From Patescibacteria group bacterium (lineage in GTDB: Bacteria > Patescibacteriota > Microgenomatia > Levybacterales > UBA12049), in assembly GCA_038064195.1 (NCBI GenBank), contig JBBTTO010000002.1, forward strand, positions 466,387-530,386: a DNA stretch of 64,000 bases, read 5' to 3'. Numbering within the stretch: position 1 is the stretch's first letter; every line of letters begins with the position of its first letter. The position numbers were made by a program, and so were the translations under genes. Under the pieces are notes generated by a model. It was not told where the DNA came from and did no database searches. It was given only the letters and a program-made list of their open reading frames with translations. This document shows, in pieces, positions 39,166 through 47,788 of the stretch.

Positions 39166-40549
39166 TCCGTACACAATTATCTGTTTTGCTTTTTTCATTG
39201 CCTATTCAGTACTTGGGATCATCCGTCATAATTATTATGGCTCGTTCGGCGCAGATTTAGGATTTATCGACCGTCAATTTTGGATTTATAGTAACTATAG
39301 CCTTGAAGGGTTGCTTTCTGGGAGTCATTTTGAACTTACTTCTCTTCTCTTATCTCCTTTATATTGGTTATGGTCAGATCCCCGCATGCTTGTTATATTT
39401 CAATCTTTTATTATCACATTCTCAGGGCTTGCTGTTTTTTTTCTGGCAAAGAAAAGAAAACTCATCACACCCCTTTGTTATGTACTCCTACTTTCATATT
39501 TGATGTTTTTCGGTGTACAAAACGCGTTATGGTTTGACGTGCATACATCGGTATGGGGAACAGCTTTTTTTATGTGGTTTATCTACTTTATGGATAACGA
39601 TAATAGAAAGTTAAGTATTATTACTTTCCTTCTTGCTATCGGGTCCAAAGAGAATATGGCAGCCTATGTTTTTTTATTTTGTGGAGTATATTTTCTCTGG
39701 ACTCGTAAAAAAGAGGCTCTTTTCTTTACAATTGCTTCAGTTGCATACCTTTTTCTTATCTTTAAAATCATTTTCCCCGCAATTTTGCCTAGTGGTTATT
39801 CATACTCAAGTCAACAAGGGTTAGTGTCAGGTAGTCCGTTACAGTTGTTTGATACTGCTACCAAAAGAGAGACATTTTTTTATACCTTTGCCTGGGTAGG
39901 CTTTTTACCTCTTACTGTTCCTCTTTTTATACTTCCGATTCTCGGTAATCTTACCTCTTATTTTATTTTGGGAAGGGAATACGTAGCTGCACATTCAATT
40001 TTTATGCATTATCGGGTAGACCTGACGCCTTTGCTTTTTTCAGCTTTGGTCTTTTCTCTGGCTCGTTACAAGTGGCTGAACACTAAATATATCGCGGGGT
40101 ATTTGCTTATCTGTTTATTGCTTGGTCAGTATATCCTTCATCTACCACTGAGTTATCTTACAAAAAAATGGTTTTGGACACAGCCCAGCGGTGTACCGTC
40201 CATTAATAAGTTAATCCCTCAGTTATCTGCAGAGAGTAGTTTGGCAGTGCAAAACAATATTTTTCCGCATGTAAGTCAAAGAACAGACATTTCTGACTTG
40301 TGGCCGGATGAGAGGACATTTAAGACAAATTCTCCTTGCGGGATGGAGCATTGCCCGTGGCTCAGGTGGACCAACGATCCAGAATACATCATTGTCGACC
40401 TTTCACCTGAGTGGGATATCAGGCACCTCCTGCAACAAAATAAAGAATATACCCAGGCAGTACAGGGCATGGAAAAAGCAGGAATAATCAAGCTCTATAA
40501 GCAAGAAGGCACTGCGAGGATCTACAAAGTCCTCAAAAGAGCTAAATAA
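39143..40549 (+). CDS. DUF2079-family membrane protein (GT-C-like)
   Basis: RH..YGSFGADLGFIDRQFW, HFEL..LLSPLYWLW, FDVH, KEN, MHY. Confidence 0.72.
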   Translation: MKLTKLVNPYTIICFAFFIAYSVLGIIRHNYYGSFGADLGFIDRQFWIYSNYSLEGLLSGSHFELTSLLLSPLYWLWSDPRMLVIFQSFIITFSGLAVFFLAKKRKLITPLCYVLLLSYLMFFGVQNALWFDVHTSVWGTAFFMWFIYFMDNDNRKLSIITFLLAIGSKENMAAYVFLFCGVYFLWTRKKEALFFTIASVAYLFLIFKIIFPAILPSGYSYSSQQGLVSGSPLQLFDTATKRETFFYTFAWVGFLPLTVPLFILPILGNLTSYFILGREYVAAHSIFMHYRVDLTPLLFSALVFSLARYKWLNTKYIAGYLLICLLLGQYILHLPLSYLTKKWFWTQPSGVPSINKLIPQLSAESSLAVQNNIFPHVSQRTDISDLWPDERTFKTNSPCGMEHCPWLRWTNDPEYIIVDLSPEWDIRHLLQQNKEYTQAVQGMEKAGIIKLYKQEGTARIYKVLKRAK

Positions 40550-40582
40550 ATTCAACCGAATTTGGTTAAATAGCCTCAAACG

Positions 40583-40591
40583 TGATACAAT
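40583..40591 (+). promoter_or_regulatory. Extended -10 promoter (leaderless geometry)
   Basis: TG-a-TACAAT, 6 nt before ATG 40598. Confidence 0.6.
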
Positions 40592-40597
40592 TACCGG

Positions 40598-41533
40598 ATG
40601 AAATTAAGTATTGTTGTCCCTGTCTATAATGAAGAGGAGAGTTTGCCGCATTTTTACGTTGAACTCGCTAAGGTTTTGCGTGGAATAAAGAAAGATTATG
40701 AAATAATTTTTGTCGATGATGGCTCAAAGGATAGATCTTTTACCTACCTCAAAACACTTGAGAAAAAAGATAGTCATGTCAGGCTTTTTTCCTTTCGCAA
40801 AAATTTAGGTAAGGCTGAAGCACTTTCCCTAGGGTTTCTTAAAGCTAAAGGCGAGATCGTCATAACGCTTGATGCAGATCTTCAGGATCAGCCATCAGAG
40901 ATCCATAATCTTCTCAAAAAACATCAAGAAGGCTTTGATGTGGTGTGTGGTTGGAGAAAATATCGAAAGGATGCTCAAAAGATGAAATTCATCTCAAAAG
41001 TGTTTAATGGTGTTCTTAACAAGGTCTTTGATCTGTCAATTCATGACTATAATTGCGGTCTCAAACTCTATACAAATGAGGCTGCCAAGAGCCTCCATCT
41101 TTATGGGGGACTCCACAGATTTATTCCCATCATGGTTTATGAACAAGGCTTTTCAATTACTGAGATACCTGTAACTCATGAAGTTCGTAAATTCGGGCAG
41201 TCAAAGTACACATTTAATAAAATTAAAAATCTTCCCGATATGTTTACTATGCTATTTTTGATGAAATATATGAAGCGCCCCCTGCATTTTTTTGGAGCAG
41301 TTGGAGGACTTTTTAGTATGCTCGGTGTAATAATTCTCTCTTATCTCTCAATCCTCCATTTTCTAGGCGAATCAATCGGTCGACGACCGCTCCTTATTTT
41401 CGGTTTTGTTTTTGTGGTAGCGGGACTGCAAATCTTTTTTACAGGATTTTTAGCTGAGCTTCTGATTAACCTCTCCCAAAAAGGAGAGGAACATAATTAT
41501 CCTCTTAAATATATTTCGCCAAGAAGTGCCTAA
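40598..41533 (+). CDS. GT2, GtrB/ArnC-like undecaprenyl-phosphate glycosyltransferase
   Basis: VPVYNEE, DDGSKD, RKNLGKAEAL, DADLQDQP, DYNCGLK, HRFIP; two C-terminal TMs. Confidence 0.88.
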   Translation: MKLSIVVPVYNEEESLPHFYVELAKVLRGIKKDYEIIFVDDGSKDRSFTYLKTLEKKDSHVRLFSFRKNLGKAEALSLGFLKAKGEIVITLDADLQDQPSEIHNLLKKHQEGFDVVCGWRKYRKDAQKMKFISKVFNGVLNKVFDLSIHDYNCGLKLYTNEAAKSLHLYGGLHRFIPIMVYEQGFSITEIPVTHEVRKFGQSKYTFNKIKNLPDMFTMLFLMKYMKRPLHFFGAVGGLFSMLGVIILSYLSILHFLGESIGRRPLLIFGFVFVVAGLQIFFTGFLAELLINLSQKGEEHNYPLKYISPRSA

Positions 41534-41543
41534 TTAGCTCATG

Positions 41544-41572
41544 TTGACATGCTCCTGCCGCTCAGGCATGCT
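41544..41572 (+). promoter_or_regulatory. Candidate sigma70-type promoter
   Basis: TTGACA (41544-41549), 17 nt, CATGCT (41567-41572). Confidence 0.4.
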
Positions 41573-41598
41573 AATAGAAGGTTTGTCTGTAAAAATAT

Positions 41599-42132
41599 AT
41601 GAAAATAGGTATCGACATCTCTCAACTTTCCTATCGTAATACTGGTGTTTCTAACTATCTCAAACACCTTGTAAAAGGGTTAATCGATACTGATCAGGAG
41701 AATGAATATATTCTTTTTTACTCTTCACTTCGCGGTCGACTTGATCTCCAGGACATTCCGCAGAAAAAAAACGTGAGACTAGTAAAGAGCTTCCTCCCAC
41801 CAACAGCACTTGATTTTATCTGGAACAAACTTCATATAGTACCTATTGAAATCTTTACCGGTTCTCTTGATATCTTTATTACCTCAGATTGGGTAGAGCC
41901 TCCGACGAAGGCAGCCAAGAAGGCCACCATTCTCTATGACCTGATTGTTTATAAATATCCCCAGGAGTCAACAAGTAAAATTGTCTCGACACAAAAGAAT
42001 AAATTAAAGTGGGTTAAAAAAGAAAGCGATGCGATCTTATGTATCTCTGAGGCCACAAAAAAAGATGCACAAAATCTACTGGGAATTAGCCAGGACAAAT
42101 TACATGTTATTTATCCCGGTTTTACTTTATGA
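41599..42132 (+). CDS. Stand-alone GT4 N-terminal domain (no nucleotide-sugar-binding C domain)
   Basis: KIGIDISQL..TGVSNY, ILYDL, CISEATKKD; ends at HVIYPGFTL; ATGA overlap with the next GT4. Confidence 0.75.
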   Translation: MKIGIDISQLSYRNTGVSNYLKHLVKGLIDTDQENEYILFYSSLRGRLDLQDIPQKKNVRLVKSFLPPTALDFIWNKLHIVPIEIFTGSLDIFITSDWVEPPTKAAKKATILYDLIVYKYPQESTSKIVSTQKNKLKWVKKESDAILCISEATKKDAQNLLGISQDKLHVIYPGFTL

Positions 42133-43262
42133 AAATAGCTGTAGATGCAAATGAGGCTAATGTTACTAAAAAAGTCGGTATAAGTGAGTATGCTTTCGAA
42201 CTGATAAAACAATTTGAAAAGCTTCAAACATCAAATTATAACTTTCAAATTTATCTGAAAGACCGACCAAGTTCTGATTTTCCGCCACAGGGAGCCAATT
42301 GGCACTACAAGATTTTCGGACCTAAGAAACTCTGGACTCAATTTGCTCTGCCTGTAAGTTTGTTTTTCAAAAAGGATAGACCGGATGTTTTTTTCTCACT
42401 AACTCACTATGGCCCCCGTTTTTCACCTGTCCCGACAGTGATCTCGATTATGGACCTGGCCTTTTTCCATTTTCCCGAGTATTTTACCGCAAAAGACCTC
42501 AATCAGCTCAAGAGTTGGACCGGCTATTCAGTCAGGAACGCCAAGGCTATTATTACCATTAGCGAGGCTTCTAAAAATGATATAATCAAATGGTACGGTA
42601 TAGACGGAAGTCGTATTCATGTGATCTATCCGGGTATAAAACCGACCATCACGCTCACTCCGCATATTTATTCTATGGAGGAACTGCAAACAAAGTACAA
42701 AATTAGTAAAAATTATATCCTTTTCGTCGGGACGCTTCAGCCTCGCAAAAATATCACTCGACTTATTGAAGCTTTTTCTCTTTTAATCAAGAAAAAACCA
42801 CATACTGACTCAGATCTGCAGCTTGTCATCGTCGGTAAAAAAGGTTGGAAATATGAGGAAATTCTTGAGGCGCCGCAGAAATACGGAGTGGAGGACAGGG
42901 TTACATTTGTTGATTTTGTAACGGATGAGGATCTGATCCTTTTTTATAAAAATGCATTATGCTTTGCTTGGCCGAGTCTGTATGAGGGATTTGGCTTACC
43001 CATTTTAGAGGCCATGAAGCTTGGTTGTCCGGTTGTTACCAGCAATGTGAGTAGTTTGCCTGAAGCGGGAGGGGATGCGGTTCTCTATGTCGATCCTGAA
43101 GATGTTTCCGATATTACTGATAAGTTAGACCAAGTTGCCTCAGATCCTAGGCTTCGCAAAACAATGATCGAAAAAGGCCACAGGCAAGTTCAGAAATTCA
43201 GTTGGGAAAAATCTGCCAAAGAGACTCTTGCAGTCCTGGAACAGGTTGTTAAGAATAAATAG
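42129..43262 (+). CDS. GT4 family glycosyltransferase (MtfB-like)
   Basis: VGTLQPRKN, YEGFGLPILEAM, SSLPEAGG. Confidence 0.9.
   Translation: MKIAVDANEANVTKKVGISEYAFELIKQFEKLQTSNYNFQIYLKDRPSSDFPPQGANWHYKIFGPKKLWTQFALPVSLFFKKDRPDVFFSLTHYGPRFSPVPTVISIMDLAFFHFPEYFTAKDLNQLKSWTGYSVRNAKAIITISEASKNDIIKWYGIDGSRIHVIYPGIKPTITLTPHIYSMEELQTKYKISKNYILFVGTLQPRKNITRLIEAFSLLIKKKPHTDSDLQLVIVGKKGWKYEEILEAPQKYGVEDRVTFVDFVTDEDLILFYKNALCFAWPSLYEGFGLPILEAMKLGCPVVTSNVSSLPEAGGDAVLYVDPEDVSDITDKLDQVASDPRLRKTMIEKGHRQVQKFSWEKSAKETLAVLEQVVKNK
42222..42249 (+). repeat. Degenerate 7-nt tandem repeat inside the CDS
   Basis: cttcaaa catcaaa ttataac tttcaaa, encoding LQTSNYNFQ. Confidence 0.5.
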
Positions 43263-43263
43263 T

Positions 43264-43869
43264 ATGCAAGATAAAACAGGAAAAAAACTTTCGACTGCTC
43301 AAGTCATTACCAAAGGAACAAATCGGGTCTCTGCAATTATTCTGGAACTTACCAATTTCGTTCTCCATATTGTTGGGTGTATTCCGTCACATCATGTACG
43401 GAGGTTTTTTTATCGTCTGGCAGGGATAAAGATCGGACGAGGTTCGAGTATTCACATGGGGGCACGTTTTTATGAGCCTGATAATATACGCATTGGTAAA
43501 GATACTATTATAGGCGAGTATGCAGTATTGGATGGTAGAGATGAACTTATTATCGGAGACCATGTAGATATTGCATCAGAAGTAATGATCTATAACTCCC
43601 AGCATAATATTCATTCAGATCATTTTGCTGCTGTTGAGGATGTAACTAGGCAAAAAGTTGTTATTGAAGATTATGTATTTATCGGGCCACGGGCAATCAT
43701 CCTGCCGGGAGTCACATTGGGTAAAGGTGCCGTAGTGGGGGCAGGTGCTGTCGTAACAAAAGATGTGAAGCCATTTATGATTGTCGGCGGAGTTCCTGCC
43801 AAGGAGATCGGAGAGCGGGAGAATAAAAATCCAGCTTACAAGCTCGGGAGGGCGGCATGGTTTCGTTAG
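43264..43869 (+). CDS. Hexapeptide-repeat (left-handed beta-helix) O-acyltransferase
   Basis: IKIGRGS, IRIGKDT, LIIGDHV, VVIEDYVFIGPRAIILPGVTLGKGAVVGAGAVVTKDV. Confidence 0.88.
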   Translation: MQDKTGKKLSTAQVITKGTNRVSAIILELTNFVLHIVGCIPSHHVRRFFYRLAGIKIGRGSSIHMGARFYEPDNIRIGKDTIIGEYAVLDGRDELIIGDHVDIASEVMIYNSQHNIHSDHFAAVEDVTRQKVVIEDYVFIGPRAIILPGVTLGKGAVVGAGAVVTKDVKPFMIVGGVPAKEIGERENKNPAYKLGRAAWFR

Positions 43870-44708
43870 TTATCCTCTCCTACAATAAAAGAGATCTTAC
43901 TGCCGAGTGCTTGACGACAGTTTTCAAGCACATTCCGGCTCGTGAGGCAGAGGTCATTGTCGTTGATAACGCCTCAACTGATGACAGTGTCGCCTATATT
44001 AAAAAAAATTTCCCCAAAGTAAAACTTATCGAGAATAACCGTAACGCCGGTTTTGCCGGAGGATGCAATGTGGGCGCCAAACATGCCAAAGGTGATTATC
44101 TCCTCTTTCTTAACAATGATGCCAAACTATCAGACAATCCTCTGACTGCCATGATTGAAGCTTTCAGTACTCATCCGGATGCCGGTATAGTCGGAGGTCT
44201 TCTAGTCAATCACAACGGGAGCCTGCAACGATCATTTGGGGCATTTTACACCGTGATAAATGTAGCGTATCTCCTTTTTGCCGGGGAGAGCGGGGAGCTC
44301 AAACGGTTCCAGAGCAAAGGCGTAAATGCTACTGACTGGGTTAGCGGGGGGTTCATGTTAATAAGGCGTGATGTTTTTGAGAAAGTGAAAGGCTTTAACG
44401 AGTCATACTTTATGTACATTGAGGACATGGATCTCTGTTATAGAGTCAAAAAAGCAGGTTTTGCCGTCTATAATACCCCGCACGCACGAGTCGAGCATTT
44501 GGGCCAGGGGAGTACCAACAAAACGTTTGCGATCGTTCATATTTTTGAAGGACTGCAGATTTTCTATAAGCAGCAGCGAAGTATACTTGAATATTATATG
44601 ATTAAATTGCTCTTATTTATCAAAGCAAGTATTTCGCTCCTTGTCGGACTCGTGACTTTTAACAAATATCTTATTACGACATATTACGCTGCATTAAAAA
44701 CTTTATGA
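43857..44708 (+). CDS. GT2 family glycosyltransferase (WbbL-like)
   Basis: VVDNASTD, NAGFAGGCN, FLNND, DWVSGG, YFMYIEDMDLC. Confidence 0.88.
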   Translation: MVSLVILSYNKRDLTAECLTTVFKHIPAREAEVIVVDNASTDDSVAYIKKNFPKVKLIENNRNAGFAGGCNVGAKHAKGDYLLFLNNDAKLSDNPLTAMIEAFSTHPDAGIVGGLLVNHNGSLQRSFGAFYTVINVAYLLFAGESGELKRFQSKGVNATDWVSGGFMLIRRDVFEKVKGFNESYFMYIEDMDLCYRVKKAGFAVYNTPHARVEHLGQGSTNKTFAIVHIFEGLQIFYKQQRSILEYYMIKLLLFIKASISLLVGLVTFNKYLITTYYAALKTL

Positions 44709-47700
44709 AGATTTTAGGTTGGATCAAAAATAACTATCTCTTACTCCTTACGCTTTTTTTACTGGCATTTATTCCGCTTTATCCTAAATTCCCGCTTTTT
44801 GATATCAAACATACCTGGGTTTATATCAGAGTTGAGGATTTTGTCATAGCGTTTGCATGGCTGATTTTTCTTATTTCGTATATTCGTAAGAAAGCAACAA
44901 TCAATACGCCGATCTCGTATCCGATTCTTGTATTTTGGATTGTTGGGTTGGTTGCGACTTTGTCGGGTATTATATTTATTTTCCCGAAATTAGAAGGGGT
45001 TTTTTCAAGCCTGGCTATCCTTAACTATCTTCGTCGGGTTGAGTATCTCTCAGTATTTTTTCTGGCCTATTCAGCTATCAAAGATCGTAAGATGATCAAC
45101 CCTCTGGTCGCTACTTTGACGTCTACTCTCATAGCAGTTTTTATTTATGGACTCGGTCAGAGATTGTGGGGCTTCCCGGCATTTCTGACCATGAATGAGG
45201 AGTTTGCCAAGGGTATTCCGCTTCGCCTTTCAGCCTTAGCGCGTATTCCTTCGACCTTTGCCGGACATTACGATCTGGCGGCATACTTGATCCTGATGAT
45301 CCCCATCATCGGCAGTCTGGTTTTCGGTTATAAAAAGTTGTATCTAAAAGTCATTTTTTTTCTGACTGCTACCGCCGGTCTTATCTTGCTTCTCATGACT
45401 GCTTCACGTGTTTCGTTTGCCGTTTATATGATTTCAATTGCTCTAATGCTCATTTTCCAAAAACAAAAGAAATTTATTATTCCGGTTTTTATCTTAAGTA
45501 TTATCTTACTCAAATCATTTGGCGGTATTTCAGCCCGTTTTGCTCAGACATTTACACAGGTTGACCTGGTTGTGGATTCCCGGACCGGTAAAGCCATAGG
45601 TGTTGCCTCTGATATCGGGAACGGCACTATCACCATTGAAGACAAACAATCAAATGGCGAAAATTTGCCGACCGGCTCTCAATATATTAATCTTCCTCAG
45701 AACTCAGGTAGCGTTCAGACCTCACAAATTACCTACAAAAAATTAAAGCCTGGATCCAACCAACAGGAGATTATCAGCAAAGCAGGTACGGTTATCGTTA
45801 AAAAAGCCTTTGCTTATGATGTCTCATTTACGACCCGGTTCCAAGGCGAATGGCCCAATGCTATAAAGGCTTTCAAGCGTAACCTCCTGCTCGGCAGCGG
45901 CTATTCATCAATTACTCTTGCCACAGATAATAGCTTTTTACGTATGTTAGGGGAGACCGGTCTCTTAGGATTTTTCTCTTTTATATTTATTTTTGTCTTT
46001 GTCGGTATTTATCTGTGGCGGATTGTTCCTGAGATTGAGGATAAACGTATCGCAAGTCTTATTTATGGCGTTATGGCAGGGGTAGTAGGTCTTGCCCTAA
46101 ATGCTATCCTGATTGATGTTTTTGAGGCTTCTAAAGTGGCTTTTGTTCTGTGGCTGACGTTAGGAGCAACCATAGGCCTGGCCCATCTTTATCAGAAGAA
46201 AAAGATTGATTATCTGACTGAAATTAAAAGGATTTTCAGCTCCGTTCCCAGCTATGTTGTTATCCTATTTACCATCGGTTTTCTGGTTTTCTCGATGATT
46301 CTTACCAACTACTTTATCGGCGATGATTTTACCTGGCTGCGGTGGGCCGCAGATTGTCAGCAATTACTCCAGCAGACCGGTCTTAAGCAGTGCGGATCTG
46401 TTATCCCGACAATCACCCATTTCTTTACTGACTCAGAAGGATTTTTCTATCGCCCGGGCACAAAAAGTTATTTCTTTTTAGCCTATCCGTTTTTTGAACT
46501 TTTTCCGCTGCCTTTTCACATCGTTTCGATCCTTTTGCATATCTCAGCCAGCACGTTAGTTTTTTTCATCGGCAAAAAACTGCTTAGAAGTAATACCTTC
46601 GGGTTTATTGCGGCTCTCTTGTTCTTACTTTTGAGTGTTCACGCAGAGGCTGTCTACTGGTCATCGGTGACCGGTCATATGGTCACGACCAACTTACTCC
46701 TTCTGTCCTTCTTAAGTTATATGTACTGGCGTGAGACTAAACGTATTATTCTCTTTATTATTCCGGTTCTCGCGACATTTTTCTCAATGTTTTTTCATGA
46801 ATTCGGGACGACGGGTCCGCTGCTTTTGCTAGCCTATGACCTTATACATAGTGGCAAAAGTGTCTTAAAGCAACCCTTACGCAAATGGTATTATTTGATT
46901 CTTCTCTCACCGGTTGTTTTATATTACTTTATGCGAGTGAGCGCACAGAGTGTGTGGTTTCAGGGAGATTACAGTTACAACCTGTCCAAGTTACCCTTCA
47001 ATGTAGTAGGCAACCTTTTTGGTTACCTGATGATAACAGTCGTCGGTCCGGTCTTCCTCCCGATCTATGACAACCTCAGAGTTCAGAGCGCTCACTCACT
47101 GGTTATAACAGGGATAGTGCTTTTATTCCTCGTTTGTGGTCTGGTCATTCTTTTTCTTAAGAAATTCAGGCATATTTCTTCCAATACAAGATTTTTTCTC
47201 CTGGTAGCATTTGCTCTAACTATTATTCCTCTCCTTCCTTTCTTGGGTTTAGGTAATATTACGGCCAGATACGCCTATACAGGTTCAGTTGGAATTGTTC
47301 TCATCGCTGCTTTTCTGCTTCAGAAATTATTCCACAAAATGAGAAGACAGGTGGTCGGTGTTGGAGTAATAATCATAGTCTGTACAGGATATATTTTTAC
47401 ACAGTATTCACAATTATTGAAAATCAACCGCGATTGGGCTCGCGCAGGGGAGATTACGAACAACTTTTTAGTCAGTTTGAATGTTACTTATTCTCAACCC
47501 GGCACACTGCCTTTGCAACCGACCTTTTATTTTATCAATATCCCGATCCGTTATGGTGACGCTTGGGTCTTTCCTGTAGGACTACCTGATGCGCTGTGGT
47601 TTTCTTTCCAAAATACACCCATTAACGTTATTACAACGGCAACTGAGGCTGAGGCGAAGAGAGCCATTTTGATGGACAAGAACTCAAAAGCCTTTAAGTT

Positions 47701-47788
47701 TGACAAAGACGGCAATCTTTTCGAGTTAGCTATTCCTACTCCAGCTCTTCCTCCTGTTAAGACAGACTCAAACACGTATGGTCAGTAA
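44705..47788 (+). CDS. Fusion of an O-antigen ligase/Wzy_C-like domain and a second GT-C domain
   Basis: N-half: RIPSTFAGHYDLAAYL, TASR, TRFQGEW..A..F.RN.L.GSGY, TDNSFLRMLGETGLLG; C-half: YFIGDDFTWL, FYRP, FH..SILLH, HAEAVYW, HE. Confidence 0.72.
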   Translation: MKILGWIKNNYLLLLTLFLLAFIPLYPKFPLFDIKHTWVYIRVEDFVIAFAWLIFLISYIRKKATINTPISYPILVFWIVGLVATLSGIIFIFPKLEGVFSSLAILNYLRRVEYLSVFFLAYSAIKDRKMINPLVATLTSTLIAVFIYGLGQRLWGFPAFLTMNEEFAKGIPLRLSALARIPSTFAGHYDLAAYLILMIPIIGSLVFGYKKLYLKVIFFLTATAGLILLLMTASRVSFAVYMISIALMLIFQKQKKFIIPVFILSIILLKSFGGISARFAQTFTQVDLVVDSRTGKAIGVASDIGNGTITIEDKQSNGENLPTGSQYINLPQNSGSVQTSQITYKKLKPGSNQQEIISKAGTVIVKKAFAYDVSFTTRFQGEWPNAIKAFKRNLLLGSGYSSITLATDNSFLRMLGETGLLGFFSFIFIFVFVGIYLWRIVPEIEDKRIASLIYGVMAGVVGLALNAILIDVFEASKVAFVLWLTLGATIGLAHLYQKKKIDYLTEIKRIFSSVPSYVVILFTIGFLVFSMILTNYFIGDDFTWLRWAADCQQLLQQTGLKQCGSVIPTITHFFTDSEGFFYRPGTKSYFFLAYPFFELFPLPFHIVSILLHISASTLVFFIGKKLLRSNTFGFIAALLFLLLSVHAEAVYWSSVTGHMVTTNLLLLSFLSYMYWRETKRIILFIIPVLATFFSMFFHEFGTTGPLLLLAYDLIHSGKSVLKQPLRKWYYLILLSPVVLYYFMRVSAQSVWFQGDYSYNLSKLPFNVVGNLFGYLMITVVGPVFLPIYDNLRVQSAHSLVITGIVLLFLVCGLVILFLKKFRHISSNTRFFLLVAFALTIIPLLPFLGLGNITARYAYTGSVGIVLIAAFLLQKLFHKMRRQVVGVGVIIIVCTGYIFTQYSQLLKINRDWARAGEITNNFLVSLNVTYSQPGTLPLQPTFYFINIPIRYGDAWVFPVGLPDALWFSFQNTPINVITTATEAEAKRAILMDKNSKAFKFDKDGNLFELAIPTPALPPVKTDSNTYGQ

